From assembly GCA_030390025.1 (NCBI GenBank), contig CM059432.1:121026001-121090000 (forward strand): 64,000 bases of DNA. Reading direction: 5' to 3'. Under the pieces are notes generated by a model, which saw only the letters and a list, made by a program, of their open reading frames with translations, did no database searches and was not told the origin of the DNA. The position numbers were made by a program, and so were the translations under genes. The first letter of the stretch is position 1; each line of letters opens with the position of its first letter. Below are positions 10,666-22,477 of the stretch, piece after piece. This DNA is from Squalus acanthias. Lineage: Eukaryota.

Positions 10666-12705
10666 TCCACTGGTATATATATCAGTTGAGGAATAGATGT
10701 TATAAGGGCTCAGTCAATGTGGGGAAAGGGTTTTCCAAGGAGGTCACAGTGCATATGGATCTCAGCTTAAAAACTTACAAGCTCAATAGACCTGCAAAAT
10801 GTGTTCCAAAGCCTCAAAACACAAAGTTCTGGCATCTGAAAGTCAGCCATGTTACAGGTCAGCTTTTATGCTGCAGGAGCAGCTGTCAAGAATTCAGCGA
10901 GTTGCTGAACCCAGCACAATCAGCTGGCTGGTTGTGCAACACGCTAAAATGTTGCAAAATGGGAAGAGCCTCTTAAAATCGGATTATCTAGGCAGTTAAC
11001 AAGCTGTTAACTGCCTTAAGTGGCTCTTCCGCCACTTGGTGTCGGGCCTGATCAGAACTCGCAAACCCGACACTTTGTAAAGTTACGTGGAGGCGGGATG
11101 GTGATGGGTTCGCAACCCGCTGTCAATCATTTTGATTTTAACTTCGGATCCACCTCCAAATCGGCCCTCTGAGCGCCGGCAAAATCGTGGCCTCTGTTTA
11201 TGTCTTCATAGAAGAAGATGCAAAAAACCTTGTGGAAATAGTGGAGAATGAAGGGTCTAGCGAGAATGAAGAACTGAAAGAAATTAGTATTATTAAAAAA
11301 ATAGTCCTGGAGAAATTAATGGGACTGAAAGCCAATAAATCCCCATCACCTGATGGTCTACAACCTAGGGTTTTAAAAGAGGTGGCTATAGTGATAGTGG
11401 ATGCATTGGTTGTCATCTTCCAAAATTCCATAGATTCTAGAACGGTTCCCATGGATTGGAAGGTATCAAATGTAACCCCACTATTTAAGAAAGGAGGGAG
11501 AGAGAAAATGGGGAAAAACAGAGCAGTTAGCCTGACATCAGTAGTAGAGAAAATGCTAGAATCTATTATAAGGACATGGTAACAGGGCACTTAGAAAATA
11601 ATTATAGGATTGGGCAGAGTCAACACGGATTTATGAAAGGGAAATCATGTTTGACAAATCTGTTAGAGTGTTTTGAGGTTGTAAGTAGCAGAATAGATAA
11701 AGGGGAGCCAGTGAATGTGGTGTATTTGGATTTTCAGAAGGCATTCGATAAGGTGCCACAAAAGAGGTTATTAAACAAAATTAGGGCTCATGAGATTTGG
11801 GGTAATATATGAGCATGGATTGAGGATTGGTTAATGGACAGAAAACAGAGAGTAGGAATAAACGGGTCATTTTCGGGTTGGAAGGCTGTAACTAGTGGGG
11901 TACCGCAAGGATCAGTGCTTGGGCCTCAGCTATTCACAATCTATATCAATGATTTGGATGAGGGGACCAAACTTTGCTGATGATACAAAGCTAGGTGGGA
12001 ATGTAAGTTGTGAGGAGGATGCAAAGAGGCTTCAAGGGGATATAGACAAGCTAAGTGAGTGGGCGAGAACATGGCAAATGGAATATAATGTGGAGAAATG
12101 TGAAGTTATCCACTTTGGTAGGAAAAATAGAAAAGCAGAATATTTTTTAAATGGTGAGAGATTGGGAAATGTTGGTGTTCAGAGGGACCTGGGTGTCCTT
12201 GTACACAAATCAATGAAAGTTAACATTCAGGTACATCAAGCAATTAGGAAAGCAAATGGTATGTTGGCCTTTATTACAAGAGGATTTGAGTATAAGAGTA
12301 AAGACGTCTTACTGTAATTATATAGGGCCCTGGTGGGACCACACCTGGAGTATTGTGTACAGTTTTGGTCTCCTTACCTAAGGAAGGATATACTTGCAAT
12401 AGAGGGAGTGCAACAAAGGTTCACCAGACTGGTACCTGGGATGGGGGTTTTGTCCTATGAGACAGATTGAGTAGACTAGGCCTATATTCTCTAGAGTTTA
12501 GAAGAATGAGAGGTGATCTCATTGAAACATATTACATTCTTACAGGGCTTGACAGAGTAGATGCAGGGAGGATGTTTCCCTTGGCTGGGGAGTCTAGAAC
12601 CAGAGGTCCCAGTCTCAGAATAAGGGCTCGGCCATTTAGGACTGAGATGAGGTGAAATTTCTTCACTCAGAGGGTGGTGAATCTTTGGAATTCTCTACCC
12701 TAGAG

Positions 12706-14433
12706 TGTAAGGGGTTCAGTGTTGTGCTTGTATCGCAGACGGTGCTGGTGCGGGGTTAGGCCTTCGTTGCCTAATGCTATTGCTTGCTCTGGTCTCCGGC
12801 CAGCCTTGTTGCAATAAGCACCTGTGAGTGGTTCGACCCACTCGCCCTTACAGTTCTAACACTGGACTTAGGTGCGAGAGCAGTAATGCAGAGAAAAACT
12901 CAAATAGACCCGGTTGAATAGTATGAAATGGAAATCTTTATTGCATAGCATCCAAAATCAGGAAGTACATGTCATAGGCACAAATTAACGACAGTACAAG
13001 TATACATACATTCATAAAGCTTGGTCTATGGTAATGAAGAACGCACATCACATCGTAAAAAGGGGAACACATTATACTTTATCCTTAATAAAACCACCCT
13101 CCCTTATCAATACCTACACTACATCTAGATTTGTAGGATCGGGAAACATGCTCACCACTCGTGATACTTCGGAGAATTTTAAAGTGAGGCACTCGGCTCG
13201 TTCGCTGCAGCGCCTGACTGTCACGTGTTTGAAGGGGTCTCTGTACCCCACTTGTTTATCTTCGCTGCTCCGGCAAGCAGGCTGGGCTCCCCGTTGTCAT
13301 GAAGAACTCGACAGTGCTCGGGCCCGGCTGTAGAACTCAAAGAAAAGTCTTCCTGGACCGACACCAGTTACCGATAGAATTCAAAGAAGAGTCTTCTTGT
13401 ATCGACACCGGTTGTCGATAGAATTCGAAGAGGAGTCTTTCACTGGTTCGTGCAGCAACCTATAGAGTTCAAAAATGGTCTATATATTTTCGGGCGCGGT
13501 CGGGGTTTACTGACCGCGGCGGCACGTGGACTCTTCTTCTTCTCTTCTCATCTTGTCTTGTCTTTTCGGGCCTTCAGGTCCAGAACACCGTTTACCGACA
13601 CTCGGGATGGTGCACCCGGTTACGCGCCCTCTGTCGAGGCGGCTCGTCCCGATTGAGCTCCACCCAACCTTAGTCGACAGAGTCCAGAGAAACACAGAAG
13701 GCTGCTCGTCCAGCAGAGCGATACCCGAGGATAAGGATAGGAGAGATAAAAGGCCGATTCGAGCGAATAAGAGAATAAAACCCTCAGCAGTCAGCAGCGA
13801 GATAAGAAAATAAGAGACCGATGGACATTTGTTGTCTATAGTTATAGTGCTGTGTTCCCTTATCTCCCTCCCAAATCTTAATGTTTGTCCTTTGTGAAAT
13901 ATTGGCGCTCAAAACTCCCAGCATGGGGTGATTCTTGTCTTTAACGGGTTTCGGTAGCACCTGAGACTGGCCAACTACCCGTTAATGTTTTCCCCATTGT
14001 CGAACCGGCTCGGAGCCTCCCTGGCTGGGTTTTGGGGGCCCCCGAATACTTGTTTAATCACCCAAGAATGGCTCTCTCATTGTAGAGCCGTGGGGGTATT
14101 TGCGTATTGATGTGTCTGGATGGGCCTTCGATTGCCCAGTACAATGGTCCTTACTTGTGCAGGGAAAACGATTCCAGCACTCGTATCTTTTGCTATTGTC
14201 ACAAATGCAAACAGGTTGCATCCTGTCTTTATCAGTGCTTATCGAAAATGTTTATTCGAACGCCATCTTGTCTGCCCACTGTGCTTCTGGAAACTTCTGC
14301 CACGATGCACGGTGGCCATTTTACAGGCTTCTGTGTCCTGTTTAATCATGACAGCATTTTGTTTAAATAAACTGATCAAACGAATCTGCTTCTATCTCGT
14401 TATTTCGAATTGCGGTAATTGCGAAACTTTACA
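12706..14433 (-). mobile_element. Long solo LTR (1728 bp) of an unidentified ERV or LTR element
   Basis: TG...CA termini and a 4-bp TSD AGAG (12702-12705 and 14434-14437); it interrupts the CR1 3' region. Minus-strand TATA at ~13842-13846 and AATAAA at 12937-12942. Homologous to 33886-35533. Confidence 0.85.
13331..13445. repeat. ~44-bp tandem repeat (about 2.5 copies) inside the solo LTR
   Basis: The TAGAA(C/T)TC(A/G)AAGA..AGTCTT..CGACACC unit recurs near 13331, 13375 and 13419. Confidence 0.75.
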
Positions 14434-14470
14434 AGAGGACTGTGGAGGCTCAGTTGTCGAGTTTATTCAA

Positions 14471-14554
14471 AAATGAGAAGTCGCACAACACCAGGTTATA
14501 GTCCAACAGATTTATTTAATTTTACAAGCTTTCGGAGCTGTCGCTCCTTCGTCA
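14471..14554 (-). mobile_element. 84-bp Penelope-like element 3'/pLTR fragment
   Basis: 12-bp TSD GAGTTTATTCAA (14459-14470 and 14555-14566). The reverse complement is nearly identical to 56171-56255. Confidence 0.88.
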
Positions 14555-15109
14555 GAGTTTATTCAAGACAGAGATCAATAAATTTTTGAATATTAAGGGA
14601 ATCAAGGGATATGGGGATAGTGCAGGAAAGTGGTAGTTGCACTGCTTTTCTTGTACAGTTGCCTCAGATATAATTCAAAAGTTCATTTGTATTCTAGTTT
14701 GTTTATACAAAAGAATAAATTTTACAGCTACCTTCAAAGTATCCACTGGTCCCAATAATGGCTTCACTGGGCTGTAGAATGCAGTGTTGTCAGACCTTTT
14801 CTACCATTCATAGGGGGTTATGGGTTACAAACAGCAAGCCACACATTCACTGTGAATGTCAAGCATTCTCTTGCTGTCAATCAGTATTTCAAAATGTGGT
14901 GGCGTTCATTCAGAAGTTACAACTGGTTGAGTCTCTTTATTCAAGGAAACTTCATGCACAGGGTTAACTGTGGGGAAAAAGCAAAACCCAAATCCCAGCC
15001 TAAGAGAGGGGCAGAGCTCTGCTGGAAAAAAATGTTGGAGAGATTTCAAACACAGAAAAGACATGGGTAAGTTTAATGATATAGTTGTTCGTTATATATT
15101 TTTTATGTA

Positions 15110-15361
15110 CAGTAACCTCTTTCATATCCGGCACCGACGGGACCAGGATGGTACCGGTTGAGTAAAAATTCCGGATAACAGAGAGGTAGGCAATTTTTAA
15201 CACAAAAAAAATAAAAACCAGTGACTAACTCGGCCACCGCGGGGAAACTCAGACTCAGAAAAATGAAAAATGGATGGATTCGGCAAGATTACCGGTTATC
15301 TATTTTGCCGGTTATTAAAGAATTCCGGTTGATTAGGTGTTGTTTAAACAAGAGTTTACTG
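15110..15361. mobile_element. Tc1/mariner-pogo (Tigger-like) MITE
   Basis: TIRs CAGTAACCTCT / AGAGTTTACTG, flanked by TA on both sides. Confidence 0.75.
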
Positions 15362-15574
15362 TATTTATTATTTTATAAACCTTGGCTCCACTTCCTGGAG
15401 TGAAAGCTTAATTTCAGCATGGGGGCAGGAAATTGGGGCAGCACTTGGTTCCACCAGGACCTTCTGTCTGCCCCCGACCCCCCCCCCCCCCCCCATTTCA
15501 AGTGGTGTATCTGGGGGATTTCCCACACTTCTCCATAAATTACACCTAGTGTACCATCTGACGAGCACAACAGA

Positions 15575-15760
15575 AGCTACACCACCTCTCTCTGTGCTTT
15601 TAGACCCTCCTTAAAGCCCACCTCTTTAACCAAGCGTTTGATCACCCCTCCTAATCTATCTTTCTTTGGCTTGGCATCAGTTTTTCCTGATGCCTCTGTG
15701 AAGCACCCTGGGATATTTGCTATCTTTAAGGTGCTATGTAAATGTAAGTTGTTTTTGTTT
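15575..15760 (+). mobile_element. L2-type LINE 3' end fragment
   Basis: The ...AAGGTGCTATGTAAATGTAAGTTGTT tail matches in reverse the elements at 41778-42305 and 43720-44150. Confidence 0.6.
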
Positions 15761-16048
15761 GTTAACCTCTGATTCCTGTTTGGTAGTTTTAATTCCTCTT
15801 TGGCACATCTTGATTGGTACTTTTCATAGCTGCTTTCTACTTGTCATTACTAAGTTCCCTATATGTTGAATAATGTTGCTTTTTATGAATATTATCTTTG
15901 AACCATTCAGGTAGAAGCATGACATGAAATTTGAATATATGACACTTTGCAGCGTGACATTTTGAGGTGTGGTAGATGCGTACTATACGCAGACGTCTAT
16001 TTCTATAAATTAAAAGGGCGCTGTTCTTGTTTGAGGAAGAAGAGGTAA

Positions 16049-16973
16049 ATAAGAACATAAGAAATAGGAACAGGAGTAGGCCATTCTGCCCTTCAAGTCT
16101 GCTCCACCATTCAATAAGATCGTGGCAGATCTTCTATCACTACTCCACCTTCCCACACTATCCCCATATCCCTTGATTCCCTTAGTTCCCAAAAATTAAC
16201 CAACCTCTGTCTTGAATATACTCAACGACTGAGCATCCACAGCTCTCTGGGGTAGGGAATTCCAAAGATGCACAACACTTTGAGTGAAGAAATTTCTCCT
16301 AATCTCAGTCCTAAATGGCCTTATTCTGTGACTGTGACCCCTAGTTCTAGACTCTCCAGCCAGGGGAAACATCCTTCCTACATCAAACGCTTGTGAGATC
16401 ACCTCTCATTCCTCTAAACTCTAGGCCTAGTCTACTCAATCTCTCCTCATAGGACAATTCCCCCATCCCAGGAATCAGTTTAGTGAACCTTTGTTGCATT
16501 CACTCTGAGACAGGTATATTCTTCCTTAGGTAAGGAGACCAAAACTGTACACAGTACACCTGGTGTGGTCTCACTAAGTCCCTATATAATAGCAGTAGGA
16601 CATCTTTACTCTTATACTCCAAACATTTTGTAATAAAGGCTCATATACCATTTGCTTTCCTAATTGTTTGCTTTACCTGTGTGTTAACCTTCTGTGATTC
16701 GTGCACATGAACACCCAGGTCCCTCTGAATACCAACATTTCCCAATTTCTCACCATTTTAAAAAATACTCTGCTTTTCTATTTTTCCTACCAAAGTGGAT
16801 AGCTTCACATTTCTCTACATTATATTCCATTGTCACGTTCTTGCCCATTCAACTAACCTGTCTATATCTCTTTGCAGCCTCTTTGCGTCCTCCTCACAAC
16901 TTGCTTTCCCACCTAGCTTTGTATCGTCCGCAAACTTGGATACATTGCACTCGGTCCCCTCGTCCAATTATTG
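16049..16973 (-). mobile_element. CR1 3' fragment
   Basis: Reverse strand encodes RMFPLAGESRTRGH...NFFTQ; AAGAACAT-type tail; possible TSD AGAGGTA. Confidence 0.88.
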
Positions 16974-17504
16974 AGAGGTATCAAACACAGTTCAAGCCAC
17001 TGCTATTTTCTCTACCTAAATACTAACATTTTAAGGATGTTGATTATGTGTCCACTTCAAAAGAAGTAAAATGAAAGACCTGCTATATAATTTGCTATGA
17101 TACATTTGTTTGTATGTAAATAAATGACTGTGGTTTGGTAGCATGTCACTTTTCTGCCCACTGAGAAGAACATGGTGAGCATCCACATACTCTGGAGTAA
17201 ATGATTTAACACAACTCCTGGTTAATTTTTAATAGTTGGTCTTAGCTCAACCATAGGTAAGAGAGTTAAGTTACAAAGAAGAACATAAGAAATAGAACAT
17301 TCAAGAGAGGGGAGGACGATGTGGATCTTACAAAGTGTTTAAAAGGACAGTGTTCCTTAGTTGTCTCTTATTTTGGCAAGGGAGCTGCGCTATTTGCATA
17401 CAGAGGTTTATTGCAGTACGTTTCATAAATTTACACTTGTATAAATCTCTGAATACTATGTAAAATACAACTGGAATCTGTGACGAGGCTCTGATCACTG
17501 ACTA

Positions 17505-18130
17505 TACTGTGGCTATCAGAGCAGGTCAGATGCTGGGTATTCTGCGGCAAGTGTCTCACCTCCTGACTCCCCAAAGCCTTTCCACCATCTACAAGACACA
17601 AGTCAGGAGTGTGATGGAATACTCTCCACTTGCCTGGATGGGTGCAGCTCCAACAACACTCAAGAAGCTCGACACCATCCAGGACAAAGCAGCTCACTTG
17701 ATTGGCACCTCATCCACCACCTTAAACATTCACTCCCTCCACCAGCAGCGTACCATGGCTGCAGTGTGTACCATCTACAAGATGCACTGCAGCAACTCGC
17801 CAAGGCTTCTTCAACAGCACCTCCCAAACCCACAACCTTTACCAACTAGAAGGACAAGGGCAGCAGGCGCAAGGGAATACCACCACCTCCAAGTTCCCCT
17901 CCAAGCCACACACCATCCTGACTTGGAAGTATATCACCGTTCCTTCATCATCACTGGGTCAAAATCCTGCAACTCCCTCCCTAACAGCACTGTGGGAGTA
18001 CCTTCACCACATGGACTGCAGCGATCAAGAAGGAGGCTCACTACTACTTTCTCAAGGGCAATTAGGGATGGGCAATAAATGCTGGCCTTGCCAGCGACAC
18101 CCACATCCTGTGAATGATTATCAAGAAAAT
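17505..18130 (+). mobile_element. 5'-truncated CR1/L2-group LINE of a second family (RT C-terminus and 3' UTR)
   Basis: ORF 17509-18078 has LSTIYKTQVRSVMEYSPLAWMGA...LDTIQDKA, typical of the post-RT region. Its 3' tail is shared with the SINE at 42590-43075. Confidence 0.8.
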
Positions 18131-18899
18131 AAAGTGCCTTCTTGCAGTGGAAGTTTCCATGAGTTTGGTAAGCTTTATTTAGGCAAAGGTACTTTTTAAT
18201 AAATCTAAGCCTTTACTTGTGGGCTCTGTGTATATTCTTCAGATGCTGCTTTATGTTGAGGACTGGAAGACTCTCAACACTGTAGTTGTGTCTCTGAATG
18301 GTGTTTCTTAACAGTTCACATCTCCTTATAGTCAGGCCTAGAATTTCAAATCTCTCAGGCAGCGATGATATCTGTTTCCTTTCCAAGGTTCACCATCCAC
18401 ATGATATTGGCATGCTGTTCAGAGTGGTACAGTACTTGAGCATGAACTGTGAATAGCTAGGCATATGCTTTCCAGTTCCAATGTTTGACTTGCTGGGAAC
18501 TTTTTTACCTTCTTTATCAAGAGGGATGCTTTTAGCTGTCTCAGACAACATGCTGGTCTCACAACAAAGGATGAATGGCAAGGCAGAATGGTTGGTGGCC
18601 TCTGTGCTATGAGTGATCAGGCAAAGTGGTCAACCACAAAACCTGCCTTTGGCTTTGTGTGACTGCCAATAAGACAGACTCGACAGCAGATAATGTGGCC
18701 AATGATTCATTGACTCAGCAGTTGAAGTCATTAACAAAGGGAAGCTAGAGCCTGTTGGGTTCTCATCCATTAAACATAGTCCATAAAGATAACTACAGAA
18801 GGAAGAAGAGCTGTTAGGCAACATCAGAGGGCTTTCTAAAGTGACACTTGAATCCTTTTCAGAGCAATTGAGAGCTGCTGCAAAGGTTGATTATTGACA

Positions 18900-20480
18900 G
18901 TGTGCCATAATTTGGTGCTGCCTGCTAATTTAAATTAGCACAGCACTAAACCATGCAACACTCGTTTTCCGGCACTACTCTCAGCAAGAGGCCCAATGTA
19001 GCGTGGCCGTAGCATCCCTGAAGCAACAACAACATTGTCTTAAAGCAAGGCTGCCATTTTAGAAAACAGTGTCGGTCCCTTAAAGGAGAACTTTAAAAAT
19101 AGGCAGTTTTTAGCCCATAGAGCTCAACTGCCTTCTGAAGAAAAATAAACATTGAAAATAATTCCCAAATGGTAGTCTTCAGCTCTTAAAGCTGAACTGC
19201 CTTCCGCACCTAAAAAAAATGGTAAAAGTGCTTCAGCACGAACACAAATGGCTCAACAAGCCAGGGAAAGGGCACCCAGGGTCTCGCACGCAGAACTCCA
19301 GCTTTGTACGGGGGGTCAACACTGCAAGAGTGGTCCTCTACCCACAGGGGCCAGGAGGCCCTCCAGAAAGAACAATGTGGGACCAGATCTCCAAGGCCCT
19401 CACTGCCAGCAGTATCGCCCCCCATGACCTGGCTCCAGTGCCCAAGTAAGCTTCTTGCCCTCAGATCAGTGGATGCATCTCCAAAAGCTGTCTCCTACCA
19501 ACTGCACCATAGCCTCACACATTGATCAATGCATGACCCCACTCCCCCCAATCACTCACCTACCAACAATCTCTACCAAACACGAGGCACATTTCACGTT
19601 CCTAGCTTCACCTCACCCCCCTGGAGGAGATGGTGCTGGCCATTCTTGGCAGAGACATGGCAGAGCCTTTGGCCAGTGGCAGGGTTGAAAGGATACAAGA
19701 TGCTGGTATCTTCATAGGTTACTCTCCTCACATCCAACTTCCCCCTCATCCTACAATACCTTCTGATTTACAAGATGCGCACGGTGCAAGCATGCACATC
19801 TTGCTTTCCCACCCTCCCCTCACCACAACTCTACCCTTGTGCCTTCCTCATTTCACACACCCAAGAAATCCAGCCTGCCCAGCCAGCGGTTGACCAAAAA
19901 GAGGGAGAGTAGTATGAAGAAGAAGAAACACCAACACTCGACTTGACACTCCCAGCCACCAGCTCCTCAAGGTCGACCAGCAAGGCCATCTGCAGTCTCC
20001 CCCACTGAAAGTCAGCAGCCTTCCTCCAGCCATGCTGCAGTCACTGGGGTAGCACTGCGTGATATCAGTAGAATAGGCAAAGGCACACACAAGACAGTCA
20101 CTAAGGGAATACACAAGGATGATGAGTTGATTTCTTGATGTCATATTGGATGGATAGATGTATAAAATTGGATTGGAAAGTTTGCTTTGTGGTGGCTTTT
20201 ATTTGAACATCGTGGCCAAGAGGACGCTGTGATGGTCAGTAACATAGGGAAGGTAAGGAGAGGGACAAATGTTGAAAGGGGAATTGGGGTTGTGGTCACT
20301 GTTACCACAGGTGGATGATCCCATCCTGGATATCCCGGCCAGAAAGGGGCTGTCTGGGTTGCATCCTTCCTTTCACTTCTTCCTCTTCTGCTTCTTCCTC
20401 TTCTGTGTCTTCCTCCTCTGCGTTTTCCTCTTCTGCGACTTTTTCTTCTGCGACTTTCTCTTCCCTCTGTGAACGGATAA
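18900..20480. mobile_element. Internally deleted, decayed Harbinger remnant
   Basis: Myb-exon-1-like fragment at 19219-19449 (LYPQG...MWDQI), an exon-2-like piece near 19625-19710, and a minus-strand Glu-rich transposase-like tail at 20302-20480. Ends uncertain. Confidence 0.55.
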
Positions 20481-21426
20481 TGAATATCTGAAATAAAAGC
20501 ACAAAATACTGGAAATACTCAGCAGGTCAGACAGCATCTCGACCTGAGACATGAAAAGGGTGTAAAGATAAACCCAGCAACTACAGGCCAGACAGTTTAA
20601 CCTCGGTAGTGGGGAAGCTTTTAGAAACAATACTCAGGGACAAAATTAACAGTCACTTGGACAAGTGTGGATTAATTAAGCAAAGCCAGCACGGATTTGT
20701 TAAAGGCAAATCGTGTTTAACCAACTTGATCAAGTTTTTTGATGAGTTAACAGAGAGGGTTGATGAGAGCAATATGGTTGACGTGGTGTGCATGGATTTC
20801 CAAAAGGCGTTCGACAAAGTGCCACATAATAGGCTTGCCAGCAAAGTTGAAGCCTGTGGAATAAAAGGGACAGTGGCAGCATGGATACGAAATTGGTTAA
20901 GTGACAGGAAACAGACTAGTGGTGAACGGTTGTTTTTCGGACTGGAGGAAGGTATACAGTGGTATTCCCCAGGGGTCTGTTCTAGGACCACTGCTTTTCT
21001 TGATATATATTAATGACTTGGATGTGGGTGTACAGGACACAATTTCAAAATTTGCAGATAACACAAAACTTGGAAGTATAGTGAACAGTGAAGAGGATAG
21101 TGATTGACTTCAAGAGGACATAGACAGGCTGGTGGAATGGGCGGACGGACATGTGGCAGATGAAATTTAACGCAGTAAAGTGCAAAATGATACATTTTGG
21201 TAGAAAGAATGAAGAGAGGAAATATAAACTAAAGGGTAAAATTCTAAAGAGGGTGCATGAACAGAGAGACCTGCGGGTATATGTGCACAAATCATTGAAG
21301 GTGGCAGGGCAGGTTGAGAAAGCAGTTAAAAAAAGCTTACGGGAACCTGGGCTTCATGAATAGAGGTACAGTATAGAGTACAAAAGCATGGAAATTATGA
21401 ACCACCTGTATAAAACCTGTATAAAA

Positions 21427-22477
21427 TCCCTTCCTCGACTTCTCCATCTCCATCTCTGGGGATAGGTTATTGACTAACATTCACTACAAGCCCACCGACT
21501 CCCACAGCTACCTGGACTACACTTCCTCCCACCCCGCCTCCTGTAAGGACTCTATTCCATTCTCCCAGTTTCTCCGTCTCCGCCGCATCTGCTCTGATGA
21601 TGCCACCTTCCATACCAGTGCTTCCGACATGTCTTCCTTTTCCCTCAACCGAGGATTCCCCTCTACCGTGGTCGACACGGCCCTCGACCGTGTCCGTTCT
21701 ATCTCCCGCACATCTGCCCTCACCCCTGCCCCTCCCTCCCGGAACCACGATAGGGTTCCCCTTGTCCTCACCTTTCACCCCACCAGCCTCCACATTCAAC
21801 GGATCATCCTCCGCCATTTCCGCCACCTCCAGCGTGATCCCACCACCAAACACATCTTCCCCTCACCTCCCCTTTCAGCATTCCGCAGGGACCGCTCCCT
21901 CCGCGACACCCTAGTCCACTCCTCTACCACCCCCAGCACCCCTTCCCCTTCGCCCGGCACCTTCCCGTGCACGCGCAGGAGATGCAACACATGCCCTTAT
22001 ACCTCCCCTCTTCCCACGGTCCAGGGCCCCAAACACCCCTTCCAGGTGAAACAGCGATTTACTTGTACTTCCTGCAATTTAGTATACTGTATTCGCTGCT
22101 CACGATGTGGACTCCTCTACATTGGGGAGACCAAACGCAGATTGGGTGACCGCTTTGCGGAACACCTCCGTTCAGTCCGTAAGGGGGACCCCGAGCTCCC
22201 GGTGGCCTGTCACTTTAATTCACCGCTTCACTCCCACTCTGACCTCACCGTCCTCGGCCTATTACACTGTTCCACGGAAGCTCAGCGTAAGCTCGAGGAA
22301 CAGCACCTCATCTTTCGTTTAGGCACGCTACAGCCCTCTGGACTCAATATCGAGTTCAACAATTTTAGATCATAACCTCAGCTCCAATCACATTTATATT
22401 TTATTTTATCCACCCTTTTATTTGTCCCCCCCACCTTTTTTTTTCCTCCTAGAAGCTGGCAGCTGTCCTTCATTCTG
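21427..22477 (+). mobile_element. Penelope-like element fragment (5'-truncated) inserted in CR1
   Basis: Abrupt shift to C-rich, CpG-rich sequence; carries a GIY-YIG ORF; CR1 resumes at CTGGTTCGGCCTCAACTGGAG. Confidence 0.88.
21470..22375 (+). CDS. Penelope ORF C-terminal part (RT thumb, linker, GIY-YIG endonuclease); open but 5'-truncated
   Basis: YKPTDSHSYL...SIPFSQFLRLRRICS, CTRRRCNTC, NLVYCIRCSRCGLLYIGETKRRLGDRFAEH, EQHLIFRLGTLQPSGLN. Confidence 0.85.
   Translation: MTNIHYKPTDSHSYLDYTSSHPASCKDSIPFSQFLRLRRICSDDATFHTSASDMSSFSLNRGFPSTVVDTALDRVRSISRTSALTPAPPSRNHDRVPLVLTFHPTSLHIQRIILRHFRHLQRDPTTKHIFPSPPLSAFRRDRSLRDTLVHSSTTPSTPSPSPGTFPCTRRRCNTCPYTSPLPTVQGPKHPFQVKQRFTCTSCNLVYCIRCSRCGLLYIGETKRRLGDRFAEHLRSVRKGDPELPVACHFNSPLHSHSDLTVLGLLHCSTEAQRKLEEQHLIFRLGTLQPSGLNIEFNNFRS

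Larger units (their letters stand above)
7222..11192. mobile_element. PIF/Harbinger DNA transposon 1, decayed, with convergent Myb/SANT-like and transposase genes
   Basis: Imperfect TIRs GGCTGCGATTTT / AAAATCGTGGCC. CR1 ORF2 resumes at 11193. Both Harbinger genes are present. Confidence 0.9.
130..14640 (+). mobile_element. CR1-type LINE copy 1, near full length, decayed and interrupted by four nested insertions
   Basis: ORF1 remnants (Cys-rich N-terminus, GDSIVRG/HVGTN esterase motifs), endonuclease fragment (ITETWL, YRPP, MGDFN) and RT fragments (QHGFMKGKSCLTNL, YLDFQKAFDKVP, FADD). The sequence is collinear across the insertions at 2233-6673, 7222-11192, 12706-14433 and 14471-14554. Outer ends approximate. 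Confidence 0.9.

Noticed and set aside
13028..14476. Short ORFs in the long LTR as viral accessory genes
   Set aside because: Most are antisense to the inferred LTR orientation and are not visibly conserved in the homolog at 33886-35533.
18390..18824. Two in-frame minus-strand ORFs separated by one TGA (readthrough or selenoprotein?)
   Set aside because: No recognisable domain, splice context or SECIS evidence.
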